A DNA stretch of 64,000 nucleotides from Methanobacterium sp. (GTDB lineage Archaea > Methanobacteriota > Methanobacteria > Methanobacteriales > Methanobacteriaceae), in assembly GCA_003151535.1 (NCBI GenBank), contig PLXT01000115.1, positions 33,941-97,940 of the forward strand. The letters run 5' to 3'. This document shows, piece after piece, positions 48,087-55,358 of this stretch. A program made the position numbers and the translations under genes. The notes under the pieces are model-generated. The model was not told the DNA's origin. It did not search any database and saw only the letters and a program-made list of their open reading frames with translations. Positions within the stretch are counted from its first letter, which is position 1. Each line of letters begins with the position of its first letter.

Positions 48087-48357
48087 TGATTTTATCTGGA
48101 GCGCTAAGGATACTTGAAATGCTGTGAATGCAAGTTGCTACTAAGCTTTCTTTATCACCATATTCATTATGGTTAGCCATCAAGATTAAAACACTCAATG
48201 CTTCTGAGATACAAGCAATGTCATCTAAAATCATGGTCTTTGCTTCTTCTTTGTTACTGGGTGGAGCTATCGATGCTGGTTTGCTAAATGAAATGGGGTT
48301 TTCCCTTTCTGTATCGATATCAATGTAAATTGCGTTTTTCATATAATTTTTGAACAA
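48064..48357 (-). CDS. hypothetical protein (97 aa)
   Basis: ORF only. Confidence 0.4.
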   Translation of the reverse strand: MFKNYMKNAIYIDIDTERENPISFSKPASIAPPSNKEEAKTMILDDIACISEALSVLILMANHNEYGDKESLVATCIHSISSILSAPDKINEDESKG

Positions 48358-48433
48358 TTATACTAAAACAAAATAATAAAATCAAGTGTAGTTATACTAC
48401 TAAATGAAAAAAGACGCTGAGAACGTCTTCTAG

Positions 48434-48504
48434 AGCAGCTAGATGGGCTCGAACCATCGTCCTCGATTCGGCAAACCGATGCACTACCACTGTGCTATAA
48501 CTGC
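48434..48504 (-). tRNA. tRNA-Gly (anticodon GCC)
   Basis: manual cloverleaf: acceptor GCAGTTA/TAGCTGC, T-loop GGTTCGAGCC, anticodon loop TTGCCGA. Confidence 0.6.
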
Positions 48505-48588
48505 GAATGAATTGAAACTGTTAACTATTTAGCCAGCCTAAGCTGTTTCTAGTTATTACCACGTAGAGGTAAGTTAACATTAATAACC

Positions 48589-48660
48589 AGCGGCATTTCG
48601 GTCTCAAACCGAACCCCTCAGCTTGGAAGGCTGACATGCCATCAACAACACCTATGCCGC
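48589..48660 (-). tRNA. tRNA-Gly (anticodon TCC), non-canonical T-loop
   Basis: perfect acceptor GCGGCAT/ATGCCGC; anticodon stem TCAGC/GCTGA, loop CTTCCAA; T-loop TTTGAGA. Confidence 0.5.
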
Positions 48661-48915
48661 ATTTTAATAAATATTAAGAAAGTAAGATAGCCACGATTTT
48701 GTGTTTAAACTCATCATTTATCTAAAGATATTTCTATCAATCGGAGCCTAACGGCTACCGCGCACCAACCCGAAATCTTAGGGAACCAGACACCCTCATT
48801 CTGTTTGGCTTGCTACTTCTTTGGTATAACAACTTCACAATTGGTATTGTGTCATTTTCCAAATTATGGTTTGTAGTCGTGAACTTCCTCTGTTACCAGC
48901 GATGAGTTCTTTTTC
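48661..48915 (-). ncRNA. 255-bp non-coding interval between the tRNA-Gly pair and the next gene; candidate structured RNA or leader (unassigned)
   Basis: no ORF; GC-richer internal segment (cggagcctaacggctaccgcgcaccaacccgaaatcttagggaaccagacaccc); no tRNA cloverleaf found by hand. Confidence 0.2.
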
Positions 48916-49155
48916 TTAATAATTATTATGTTTTATTTTTTGAATATACTTATCTGTAACCAATTTTCCATTACGTCCAACATGGTATTTACCACAAATA
49001 GCACATCTATACGCTACAGCTTTGGTTAACTGATTATCCTTTAAGTTAAGACTCTTAGCCGCTGTTATAGCCTCATCCTGTGTGTTAAATTCAAATTTGG
49101 GTTTGTATACTCGTTGCCCATCTAAACCAATATGCGAAAATGTTTGACATTTCAT
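48916..49155 (-). CDS. small zinc-ribbon protein (start trimmed to MKCQTF...)
   Basis: CxxC-type pair CAICGKYHVG plus upstream Cys; predicted promoter immediately upstream. Confidence 0.4.
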   Translation of the reverse strand: MKCQTFSHIGLDGQRVYKPKFEFNTQDEAITAAKSLNLKDNQLTKAVAYRCAICGKYHVGRNGKLVTDKYIQKIKHNNY

Positions 49156-49176
49156 ATATAAAAATTTAACAGTTTT

Positions 49177-49205
49177 ACAAATATACAAAAATATATTCAA
49201 AAAAT
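49177..49205 (-). promoter_or_regulatory. putative promoter (-7 TATATTTG box) for 48916..49155
   Basis: reverse complement of acaaatata; -33 spacing suboptimal. Confidence 0.3.
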
Positions 49206-49231
49206 ATTTTCTTCAAAGAACTAATTATCGG

Positions 49232-49319
49232 TCCCCCCGACAGGATTCGAACCTGTGATGGTGATTTCTCACATCTGATTAAAAGTCAGGACCGTTCGGC
49301 CAACTACGGATACGAGGGG
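49232..49319 (-). tRNA. type-II (long variable arm) tRNA with atypical anticodon loop CUUUUAA (formal anticodon UUU)
   Basis: acceptor CCCCTCG/CGGGGGG, T-loop GGTTCGAATCC, variable-arm hairpin GTGA-GAAA-TCAC, discriminator A; Leu/Ser/Tyr-like architecture does not fit the anticodon. Confidence 0.45.
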
Positions 49320-49328
49320 TTGTGTTAG

Positions 49329-49402
49329 TTCCTCCTGCGGGACTCGAACCCAGCAACCCAACGTTTAAGAAACGCTTACTCTACCAATTGAGCTAAGGAG
49401 GA
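49329..49402 (-). tRNA. tRNA-Lys (anticodon CTT)
   Basis: acceptor TCCTCCT/AGGAGGA, D-arm GCTC/GAGT, anticodon loop TTCTTAA, T-loop GGTTCGAGTCC. Confidence 0.6.
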
Positions 49403-49493
49403 ATGTGCATATATCTCCCCTTATCTCAAAGAGGAGGTTATCGTTTATATTTTCGCTTAATAGTCATACAATACTTTTTATTAATTTAAAAAT

Positions 49494-49570
49494 TGGAGCC
49501 TCTTGAGTTACTCGAAAACTCTCTATTCCTCATTACAAGTGAGGTGCTCTACCATACGAGCATAAGAGGC
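49494..49570 (-). tRNA. tRNA-Thr (anticodon TGT), CCA encoded
   Basis: acceptor GCCTCTT/AAGAGGC, anticodon stem CCTCA/TGAGG, loop CTTGTAA, genomic 3' TCCA. Confidence 0.6.
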
Positions 49571-49637
49571 AAATTTTGAATTTTCTATATACCTTACCGT
49601 AACAGGCAGTTTATGCAAATTCTAAACAGTTCCAAAG

Positions 49638-49722
49638 TGGGGCTGATAGGACTCGAACCTACTAAGCCTTTTGAGCAGAAGTTTTACAGACTTCCCATAC
49701 ACTCCAACGTATGCGCATCCCC
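49638..49722 (-). tRNA. tRNA-Tyr (anticodon GTA), type II
   Basis: 85 nt; acceptor GGGGATG/CAGCCCC (A5.G68 mismatch), anticodon stem GAAGT/ACTTC, loop CTGTAAA, long variable arm. Confidence 0.55.
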
Positions 49723-49745
49723 ATTAATATCAAACAATTCCAAAG

Positions 49746-49833
49746 TGGGACTGATAGGACTCGAACCTACTAAGCCTTTTGAGCCTCTGATAAAAGCCAG
49801 AGATTACACTTTCCAACAGTGTACACCATTCCC
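49746..49833 (-). tRNA. tRNA-Tyr-like paralogue with disrupted anticodon arm (8-nt loop GCUUUUAU); possible pseudo-tRNA or non-canonical decoder
   Basis: 3' half (T-arm, variable arm, acceptor) nearly identical to tRNA-Tyr at 49638..49722; anticodon stem CTCTG/CAGAG encloses an 8-nt loop; 3 nt between D- and anticodon stems. Confidence 0.35.
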
Positions 49834-49857
49834 ATTATATCAATCTTCTAATACTAG

Positions 49858-49930
49858 TTGTTCTGTCTGGACTTGAACCAAAACTAATCCACCTTCAGAG
49901 GATGGTGTGCTTGCATTACACTACAGAACA
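49858..49930 (-). tRNA. tRNA-Gln (anticodon CTG)
   Basis: U1-A72 acceptor TGTTCTG/CAGAACA, anticodon stem CCATC/GGTGG, loop CTCTGAA. Confidence 0.5.
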
Positions 49931-49991
49931 ATACATGAATTTCTACGCTTCCTTCCAATACGTTCTATGAAATTCTAACAGTCTCCTGCAG

Positions 49992-50062
49992 TTCCCCCCG
50001 AAGGACTTGAACCCTCACCCAATGCGCTCAAAACGCAAGATACTACATTATACTAAGGGGGA
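49992..50062 (-). tRNA. tRNA-Gln-like (anticodon TTG) with weak D-arm and one anticodon-stem mismatch
   Basis: acceptor TCCCCCT/GGGGGGA, anticodon loop TTTTGAG, T-loop GGTTCAAGTCC; D-stem GTAT/GTAT is wobble-only. Confidence 0.4.
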
Positions 50063-50068
50063 ATATTG

Positions 50069-50139
50069 TTGCCCCACTAGGATTCGAACCCAGACAAACA
50101 GAGTCAAAGTCTGTCGAACTACCATTATTCTATAAGGCA
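50069..50139 (-). tRNA. tRNA-Gln (anticodon TTG)
   Basis: acceptor TGCCTTA/TGGGGCA, D-arm GAAT/GTTC, anticodon stem ACAGA/TCTGT, loop CTTTGAC, T-loop GGTTCGAATCC. Confidence 0.5.
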
Positions 50140-50144
50140 ATATG

Positions 50145-50233
50145 TCAGGATGACAGGGCTCGAACCTGCATAAGATTTTTAAGGTCCATTCTCCGTTCCA
50201 AGCGGAGTCGTCTTCCATTGACTACACATCCTG
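50145..50233 (-). tRNA. atypical 89-nt tRNA (anticodon loop CUUGGAA, formal UGG) with 21-nt variable region lacking a clear hairpin
   Basis: perfect acceptor CAGGATG/CATCCTG, T-loop GGTTCGAGCC, anticodon stem CTCCG/CGGAG; 3-bp D-stem. Confidence 0.4.
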
Positions 50234-50258
50234 ATTATTTTATTCAAAGAACTTAAAG

Positions 50259-50330
50259 TCTAACTGACAGGGTTCGAACCTGCGTGGTCTACATCCCAAA
50301 TGTAGTGCCTAACCATTCGGCCACAGCTAG
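50259..50330 (-). tRNA. tRNA-Pro (anticodon TGG)
   Basis: acceptor CTAGCTG/CAGTTAG, anticodon stem CTACA/TGTAG, loop TTTGGGA, T-loop GGTTCGAACC. Confidence 0.55.
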
Positions 50331-50336
50331 AAAATA

Positions 50337-50365
50337 AAAAACCCCAATTTTTACAAACTGGGGTT
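50337..50365 (-). terminator. hairpin plus U-tract between the promoter/small-ORF unit and the tRNA cluster (terminator or processing element)
   Basis: AACCCCAG-loop-TGGGGTT followed by TTTTATTTT on the minus strand. Confidence 0.4.
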
Positions 50366-50387
50366 AAATTGTTATTGTTAGTATTTT

Positions 50388-50480
50388 TTATAAATCGTTA
50401 AAATACAACATACCCAGTCCATTAAGAGGTGTGCCCCCTTGTGGTTTTTGTTTCGGTTGATATGTGGTATACGTTGTCAT
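50388..50480 (-). CDS. small ORF (about 29 aa, MTTYTTYQPKQKPQGGTPLNGLGMLYFNDL) in the leader unit upstream of the tRNA cluster
   Basis: ATG about 11 nt downstream of the predicted TSS of promoter 50498..50536; followed by hairpin 50337..50365. Confidence 0.25.
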   Translation of the reverse strand: MTTYTTYQPKQKPQGGTPLNGLGMLYFNDL

Positions 50481-50497
50481 TGTTAATATAAATATAA

Positions 50498-50536
50498 GCA
50501 AATATACAAAAGATTTTTTAAAAAGCAAATATTTTT
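50498..50536 (-). promoter_or_regulatory. Bacteroidetes-type promoter (-33 TTTG / -7 TATATTTGC) built on a doubled GCAAATAT motif
   Basis: reverse complement of gcaaatata (50498-50506) and caaa (50526-50529), 20-nt spacing. Confidence 0.55.
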
Positions 50537-50555
50537 AAAGATTTTTTTAAAAATA

Positions 50556-50713
50556 AAAAAGTGGGGATTTATTTGCCTCCCCCATAGCTAGTTAACCATT
50601 TATATTAACGCCAGTGGCATCTGCTTTTTTCATTCTTTGTTACTAGTTAGTTAGCGATGCTAACCAAGAATTCTGTATGACGATATCCATACACCCATTA
50701 CTGGGAGGACCAT
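50556..50713 (-). ncRNA. candidate small transcript (about 150 nt; contains a 17-codon ORF) from promoter 50726..50757 to a terminator hairpin
   Basis: promoter upstream; hairpin GGGGAGGCAAATAAATCCCCAC plus U-run at 50556-50590; no long ORF. Confidence 0.35.
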
Positions 50714-50725
50714 GTGCAGTCCGAT

Positions 50726-50757
50726 GCAAATATACGAAAGGTTTTATTAAAATCAAA
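50726..50757 (-). promoter_or_regulatory. Bacteroidetes-type promoter (-33 TTTG / -7 TATATTTGC)
   Basis: reverse complement of gcaaatata (50726-50734) and caaa (50754-50757), 20-nt spacing. Confidence 0.5.
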
Positions 50758-50953
50758 TAGCTTTCGTAATTTTTTTATGTTTTAGTTGTTTTTCAGCAAC
50801 TGTTGAAGCTTCTTTGGTTTCTTGTTTACTTTTGCCGCGTACTTGTTCTTTCCACAAGCTTTTAGGTACATACTTCCAAGCAGAGCCGACTTTAGTATCA
50901 GCAACTTCATTACTAACTCTTTGAATCTCGTTATCCTTTTGGATTGTTTTCAT
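50753..50953 (-). CDS. small basic protein (66 aa)
   Basis: ORF only. Confidence 0.3.
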   Translation of the reverse strand: MKTIQKDNEIQRVSNEVADTKVGSAWKYVPKSLWKEQVRGKSKQETKEASTVAEKQLKHKKITKAI

Positions 50954-51341
50954 CTTTTGGTGTGTTTAGTTTATTAATTTTGTCTCTCAATATAATAGCC
51001 GTTTCAAAATCTTCTATCTCCAAAGCATCTTTAAGTTGCTCATCCAATGTTGTCTCTGAAGGTGTTTCAGCTAATTCGGTAGCGATTTTTACAAACTGTC
51101 CTTGTGGTGTGTTCCAAACGGATTTTTTATATACGTAGCCTTCTTCTGTGCTTTCTTCAATTCTATCTGGTGGGCCCAATTCTTTTTCAATTGAATTACC
51201 CAAATTTTCTTCAATTCCCATGTGTCGGAAATTTTGAAGGGCTTCAATAATTTTATTTAAACCCAAATTTTCTTGTCCTTGTTGGCTAGGTTTTTTGTTA
51301 TTAAAGAACTCATTAAAGAGATCATCAAATGTTTTTCCCAT
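50931..51341 (-). CDS. acidic protein (136 aa)
   Basis: ORF only. Confidence 0.4.
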   Translation of the reverse strand: MGKTFDDLFNEFFNNKKPSQQGQENLGLNKIIEALQNFRHMGIEENLGNSIEKELGPPDRIEESTEEGYVYKKSVWNTPQGQFVKIATELAETPSETTLDEQLKDALEIEDFETAIILRDKINKLNTPKDENNPKG

Positions 51342-51594
51342 TTTTAATTAATTTTAAACGGCCAGTTATTTTTTTTGCATTGTTATGCAAATGTCTAAAA
51401 GGATTTATTCTTAAAAATATAAAAGCAAATATAAAGAATAGGGCCGCAAATACATATAACAAAAGCATTGTAATCCAATAGCTTTTCGTTAATTGCGTCA
51501 GCTCGTAAACTAATATATCGTAGCCAAAGGGATTTAAAAAAATGGCTATCATAAAACAAATTGTGCCTAACCTTTTTCTCAGTTTCTCGGTCAT
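51325..51594 (-). CDS. small membrane protein (89 aa)
   Basis: hydrophobic ORF; alternative frame 51395..51604 also open. Confidence 0.3.
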   Translation of the reverse strand: MTEKLRKRLGTICFMIAIFLNPFGYDILVYELTQLTKSYWITMLLLYVFAALFFIFAFIFLRINPFRHLHNNAKKITGRLKLIKNGKNI

Positions 51595-51736
51595 CGCTAC
51601 TCATTGGTTGTTAATTAAAAACAACAATATTACACAGATGTCCACATGTAATATTGTTCTTATCCTTTCAAATTTTATACCAACGTATAAAAATAAGGTA
51701 AAATATGCCTTTATATCAAAAAGCTGAAATTATGTC

Positions 51737-52201
51737 TTAGTTATTAAAGTTGATGGTAGTACCAAGCAAAAAGAATGTTTGTCTTTGCATAAGATCATAA
51801 CCATAACCCACAGTGACTAAATTATTCAATATACCAACAGTAGCTGCATAAGATAGGCTAAACGCATTTCCGTTGACATTAACGCCAGTTAATACAGTTA
51901 GAGGTGATATGCTCACGATTGAATTCCAACGGCCTGTACTGTCATCAAATTTAAGATACTGCAATGCAATACCCCCACCAACTGTTACAGTTGAAAACTG
52001 TCCGTTTTGATATCTACCTAGAGGAACAACAGCAATTGGTCTCCAAGACCACATCGTGATTGGGGTTGTTAGTGGTGCAACAGCCGTAAGCTTAGTTGAT
52101 TTTGTCTTATAGCTCTCTGGCTTAGCGATTGGCTTAATAAGCTGTCCGAATGATAATTCTGCTGCAAATAAAAGGGTTAAACCTAAAAATAGTTTTTTCA
52201 T
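51737..52201 (-). CDS. secreted, beta-rich protein with signal peptide (start trimmed to MKKLFLGLTLLFA...)
   Basis: the ORF-track start overlaps the tRNA-like gene at 52253..52322; the internal Met gives a classical signal peptide. Confidence 0.45.
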   Translation of the reverse strand: MKKLFLGLTLLFAAELSFGQLIKPIAKPESYKTKSTKLTAVAPLTTPITMWSWRPIAVVPLGRYQNGQFSTVTVGGGIALQYLKFDDSTGRWNSIVSISPLTVLTGVNVNGNAFSLSYAATVGILNNLVTVGYGYDLMQRQTFFLLGTTINFNN

Positions 52202-52252
52202 AAATGTTTTTTTGTATATTATTATAAATATCTCAAAATTTTGAAATATCTG

Positions 52253-52322
52253 TGTAGGGGGTTGGACTCGAACCAACGACACAAGGTTTTCACGCTTTGT
52301 TCTACCACTGAACTACCCCTAC
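52253..52322 (-). tRNA. tRNA-like gene with canonical acceptor, D- and T-arms but a non-canonical anticodon arm (possible pseudo-tRNA; Phe/GAA-like loop)
   Basis: acceptor GTAGGGG/CCCTAC, D-arm GTTC-AGTGGTA-GAAC, T-loop GGTTCGAGTCC; anticodon region AAAGCGTGAAAACCTTGTGT cannot form a 5-bp Watson-Crick stem. Confidence 0.35.
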
Positions 52323-53071
52323 AAATTAAATCTAATTTTATCCGCTTTTTCTCTCAAGTGAGAAAAAGTCCAACGATCTGCAGCTTGTCCAATGTCCAAG
52401 GTAACTTTGGGGATATTACCGTACTTAGCAATTTCAGGGCCGATTATTTTACTAGCAGGACCAGCACTGTATACTACAAGAGGTGCATCAATCTTATGCG
52501 CCTTTTTAATTACATCATCTGCTTGGCTCCAATGTGATAACGCCAAATAAGTTACTTTAACATTTAATGCATATTTCGCCCTTATTTGCATTGCATCTGC
52601 TGTGTGAAGATTTCTGTGTATAAAAAGAACATGTCCAGCTTTTTTAAATAAATTTTCTTTCATCGGTTCATCCCATTGGTTAGGGAAAAAATTATCAACA
52701 TAGAAACCGCGTGGAGAGAATTCATCCACATTGTACTGCGGAAATTGTATTCCTGCTAGTGATGCAGCAAAATAATCTGAATTCTTGGCCGCTGATAATA
52801 ACCGTTCTTTTAATGTACTTATTGGAATATCTGAAACACCAAAATTTTTCAACCATTCAGCACTGAACTGTTCAGTGGGCTGAATAAACTCATTGTCATG
52901 GTTTTTGTTACAAAGATCTAATAACAGTTTTTCTCCATCAGCCATTCTGACAATACTCAGACTTTCTTTCCTAGAAAGCGCATTTCCAACTAACATGTAA
53001 AATGTGTGACTACTAATAGTATTTAAACATCTTAATATCTCGTTACTATTTAATGATTTTAACTCCCACAT
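52319..53071 (-). CDS. hypothetical protein (250 aa)
   Basis: ORF only. Confidence 0.45.
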   Translation of the reverse strand: MWELKSLNSNEILRCLNTISSHTFYMLVGNALSRKESLSIVRMADGEKLLLDLCNKNHDNEFIQPTEQFSAEWLKNFGVSDIPISTLKERLLSAAKNSDYFAASLAGIQFPQYNVDEFSPRGFYVDNFFPNQWDEPMKENLFKKAGHVLFIHRNLHTADAMQIRAKYALNVKVTYLALSHWSQADDVIKKAHKIDAPLVVYSAGPASKIIGPEIAKYGNIPKVTLDIGQAADRWTFSHLREKADKIRFNL

Positions 53072-53350
53072 TTATAAATGTTTTTTACGCCACTCAACAT
53101 ACTTTTTAACATCTGGATGATTCAAAAGTAATTCTAACGTATTATACTCTTTACCCATATCTTTTTCCGATATGAACTTATGTATTTGACTATGACAAAA
53201 GTGCCTACAAATCAAAACACCATGACTAACTAAATAATCGTGATCAAAATTCTTCTTAAAATATTTGTTGGAATGTAGCGTTCTAGGTATAAGATGATGA
53301 AAATTTAAAACGTCATTCTCAGACCCACATAACTCACATTTGTCAGCCAC
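53072..53350 (-). CDS. HNH endonuclease (92 aa)
   Basis: CELCGS...HHLIP...HSQIH HNH/zinc motif. Confidence 0.6.
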   Translation of the reverse strand: MADKCELCGSENDVLNFHHLIPRTLHSNKYFKKNFDHDYLVSHGVLICRHFCHSQIHKFISEKDMGKEYNTLELLLNHPDVKKYVEWRKKHL

Positions 53351-53352
53351 AG

Positions 53353-53562
53353 TTAATATTTTAAAATCAATTTAATACCCTTTATAATGCAATACAGGGG
53401 TACAAATAACCCACCGCCTAATACGGCAAATAACATTGCAAAGTTTGGTGTATTACCAATGACCCCATCTATAGAGATTTTTTCGTTCTGCTTGGTAAAA
53501 ATATATACTGTAATTGGTATACAAATCAACCAATATATAACTAAAATTGTTGCAATGTTCAT
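53353..53562 (-). CDS. small membrane protein (69 aa)
   Basis: 2 TM helices. Confidence 0.35.
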   Translation of the reverse strand: MNIATILVIYWLICIPITVYIFTKQNEKISIDGVIGNTPNFAMLFAVLGGGLFVPLYCIIKGIKLILKY

Positions 53563-53597
53563 CTGATTCGATTTAAATCAAATATACACAACGAATT

Positions 53598-53795
53598 TTA
53601 AAAATCAAACTTTTCTGAATTATTTTCTGGTTCCTCTCGTAGTTGAGTAGTTCCCCTTATTGAAGCGATGAAAGGGCAATGACGACATTGGTTTCCGCAA
53701 CAAAATGCTCTTCTCATGAGATAACGTCCTGTATAGACTACAAGACCATTCTCTATATAATAATCAACCCCTTCAATAAATTCTCTTTTCGCCAT
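53598..53795 (-). CDS. small Cys-rich protein (CCGNQCRHC)
   Basis: ORF with Cys cluster. Confidence 0.35.
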   Translation of the reverse strand: MAKREFIEGVDYYIENGLVVYTGRYLMRRAFCCGNQCRHCPFIASIRGTTQLREEPENNSEKFDF

Positions 53796-53816
53796 TCAAG
53801 TTTTTAAATAAATATC

Positions 53817-54452
53817 TTATATTTTAACTTGTTTCATTTCTTGATTATATGACTCGGGGTCTTTATTCCTCAATCTTTCAAACCAATCATTTGTTTTTAT
53901 CTTACAGTAGTATAACTGACTGGTTTTTTTTGTTTGAACGGTTCCCTTGCAGATCACACCTTCGCTCAATCCAAACTCATTTTCTTTTACACGGCTAACA
54001 AACTCTTTATTTAAATTACCATTGTAGACTACTCTAGGAATACCAGCTTCACCAAAATTATTCATAAACTCTTTTGGCGCTATTAAACCTTTTTTATATC
54101 TAGAAATATCAAATAAGGTAATATCAAACGTATCGTTTATAAAATCATGCTGCCCAAAAGAAGATCTAATACCCAGCAATTCTGCGAAACACACAAACGA
54201 TAATGAATCACGATATTCTTTAGATTTGAATATTCGAGTTAACTTCTCTTCGTACTTGTCCTTGAATAGTTTAATTGCAAAGCCCCATGTCTCATGGTTC
54301 TCATCAATCATCATATTTCTCGTACCGAATTTATAAAACCCTCTTTTAGGGGAGTATTCCACCCTTATGTTTGATCCATCTAGCTTATCAAACGCAACAA
54401 TGGGGATACCCCAGTTATCCCCATAATAATCTATAGTATTATATGCTTTCAT
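53817..54452 (-). CDS. RNA ligase, Rnl2-like nucleotidyltransferase domain (211 aa)
   Basis: motif I KLDGSN (lysine adenylyltransferase KxDG) near the N-terminus and downstream Rnl2-like conservation. Confidence 0.55.
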   Translation of the reverse strand: MKAYNTIDYYGDNWGIPIVAFDKLDGSNIRVEYSPKRGFYKFGTRNMMIDENHETWGFAIKLFKDKYEEKLTRIFKSKEYRDSLSFVCFAELLGIRSSFGQHDFINDTFDITLFDISRYKKGLIAPKEFMNNFGEAGIPRVVYNGNLNKEFVSRVKENEFGLSEGVICKGTVQTKKTSQLYYCKIKTNDWFERLRNKDPESYNQEMKQVKI

Positions 54453-54453
54453 A

Positions 54454-54861
54454 TTAACAATATGGTAAAACCAAAGGATCTTCTGGTTTGCCGCTTAAAT
54501 ATTTATCTTTAACTCTAATTGTTTCTGCCTCAAGAAGTTTATTGGTAACTTCTTCATCTAATGTAGCAAAATGAGAATAACCCCATAAATCTCCTTCACC
54601 ACTACCATATCCACTATCGAGACTATGCGTTTTACCTTCTTCTATATCAACTTCATAAGGAGAGTCGTTAATAATGTACTTATTAAATTGCACTATTTCT
54701 TTTGTGCCGTCAGTACTATAATACGTCCTTTCACCTTTCTTTATCTCATTTATTATGATTTTTCTAAGCGTAGCACCAGTCCTATCTGAATGGATAATAA
54801 ACATTGTACCCAAGTTTGGTTTAATTAAACCCTTCTTTAACATATAGTCTTGCTTATTCAT
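54454..54861 (-). CDS. hypothetical protein (135 aa)
   Basis: ORF only. Confidence 0.4.
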   Translation of the reverse strand: MNKQDYMLKKGLIKPNLGTMFIIHSDRTGATLRKIIINEIKKGERTYYSTDGTKEIVQFNKYIINDSPYEVDIEEGKTHSLDSGYGSGEGDLWGYSHFATLDEEVTNKLLEAETIRVKDKYLSGKPEDPLVLPYC

Positions 54862-54878
54862 TATACAAATATATAAAT

Positions 54879-55358
54879 TTATTTTGTATTACCAAGTTTT
54901 TGCTTTTCGTATATCCTATTATTAAAATCATCCAATAAGCTTTGAGGAATTTTAATCCTCCTGGAATCAAACTCATTCAATATTTCTTTCTTTGTAAAGC
55001 TACCTTCGACAATTCCATCGGTCCATTGATTTAACCATAAGCCCCAGCTCTTTTTACCTGTAATAACACCTCTGATAATATTGGGATGTCTGGTAATGAT
55101 CGAATTAATTTTATACTTCCCATTTTCAAATTCTTTGAATGTAAGTTTACCTTCTGGGCCATTAATATCAAAATCAATATCTATTTGGCTTCCACAAAAT
55201 GTAAGTATTCCAGATCTATATGATGTAAGAAAAAATGAGAATATCTCATTAAAATTGTCGGAGTATTTTTTCCTTTGTCTGGTACCCAGTGAGTTTTTTC
55301 TTATTTCACTGGGTAGAATGCGTCCTGCTGTTTCATGTTGCTCAATTTTGTAAAGCAT
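54879..55358 (-). CDS. hypothetical protein (start trimmed to MLYKIEQ...; overlaps the tRNA 3' end by a few nt)
   Basis: the ORF-track start lies within the tRNA at 55351..55420. Confidence 0.4.
   Translation of the reverse strand: MLYKIEQHETAGRILPSEIRKNSLGTRQRKKYSDNFNEIFSFFLTSYRSGILTFCGSQIDIDFDINGPEGKLTFKEFENGKYKINSIITRHPNIIRGVITGKKSWGLWLNQWTDGIVEGSFTKKEILNEFDSRRIKIPQSLLDDFNNRIYEKQKLGNTK

Noticed and set aside
49613-49876. Plus-strand ORF (87 aa) with internally repeated peptide SKVGLIGLEPTKPFE
   Set aside because: It lies entirely over two minus-strand tRNA genes (Tyr and the Tyr-like paralogue), and the peptide repeat is a translation of the duplicated tRNA 3' halves, so it is a spurious ORF.
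48661-50757. A tmRNA (ssrA) gene to accompany the phage smpB
   Set aside because: No segment was found with the tmRNA hallmarks: 5' GGGG pairing with a 3' tRNA-Ala-like T-arm and ACCA end, a G3-U70 pair, and a tag reading frame ending ALAA-stop. The over-long tRNA-like RNAs at 59485..59722 lack G3-U70 and are too short. Covariance-model search is needed before excluding it.
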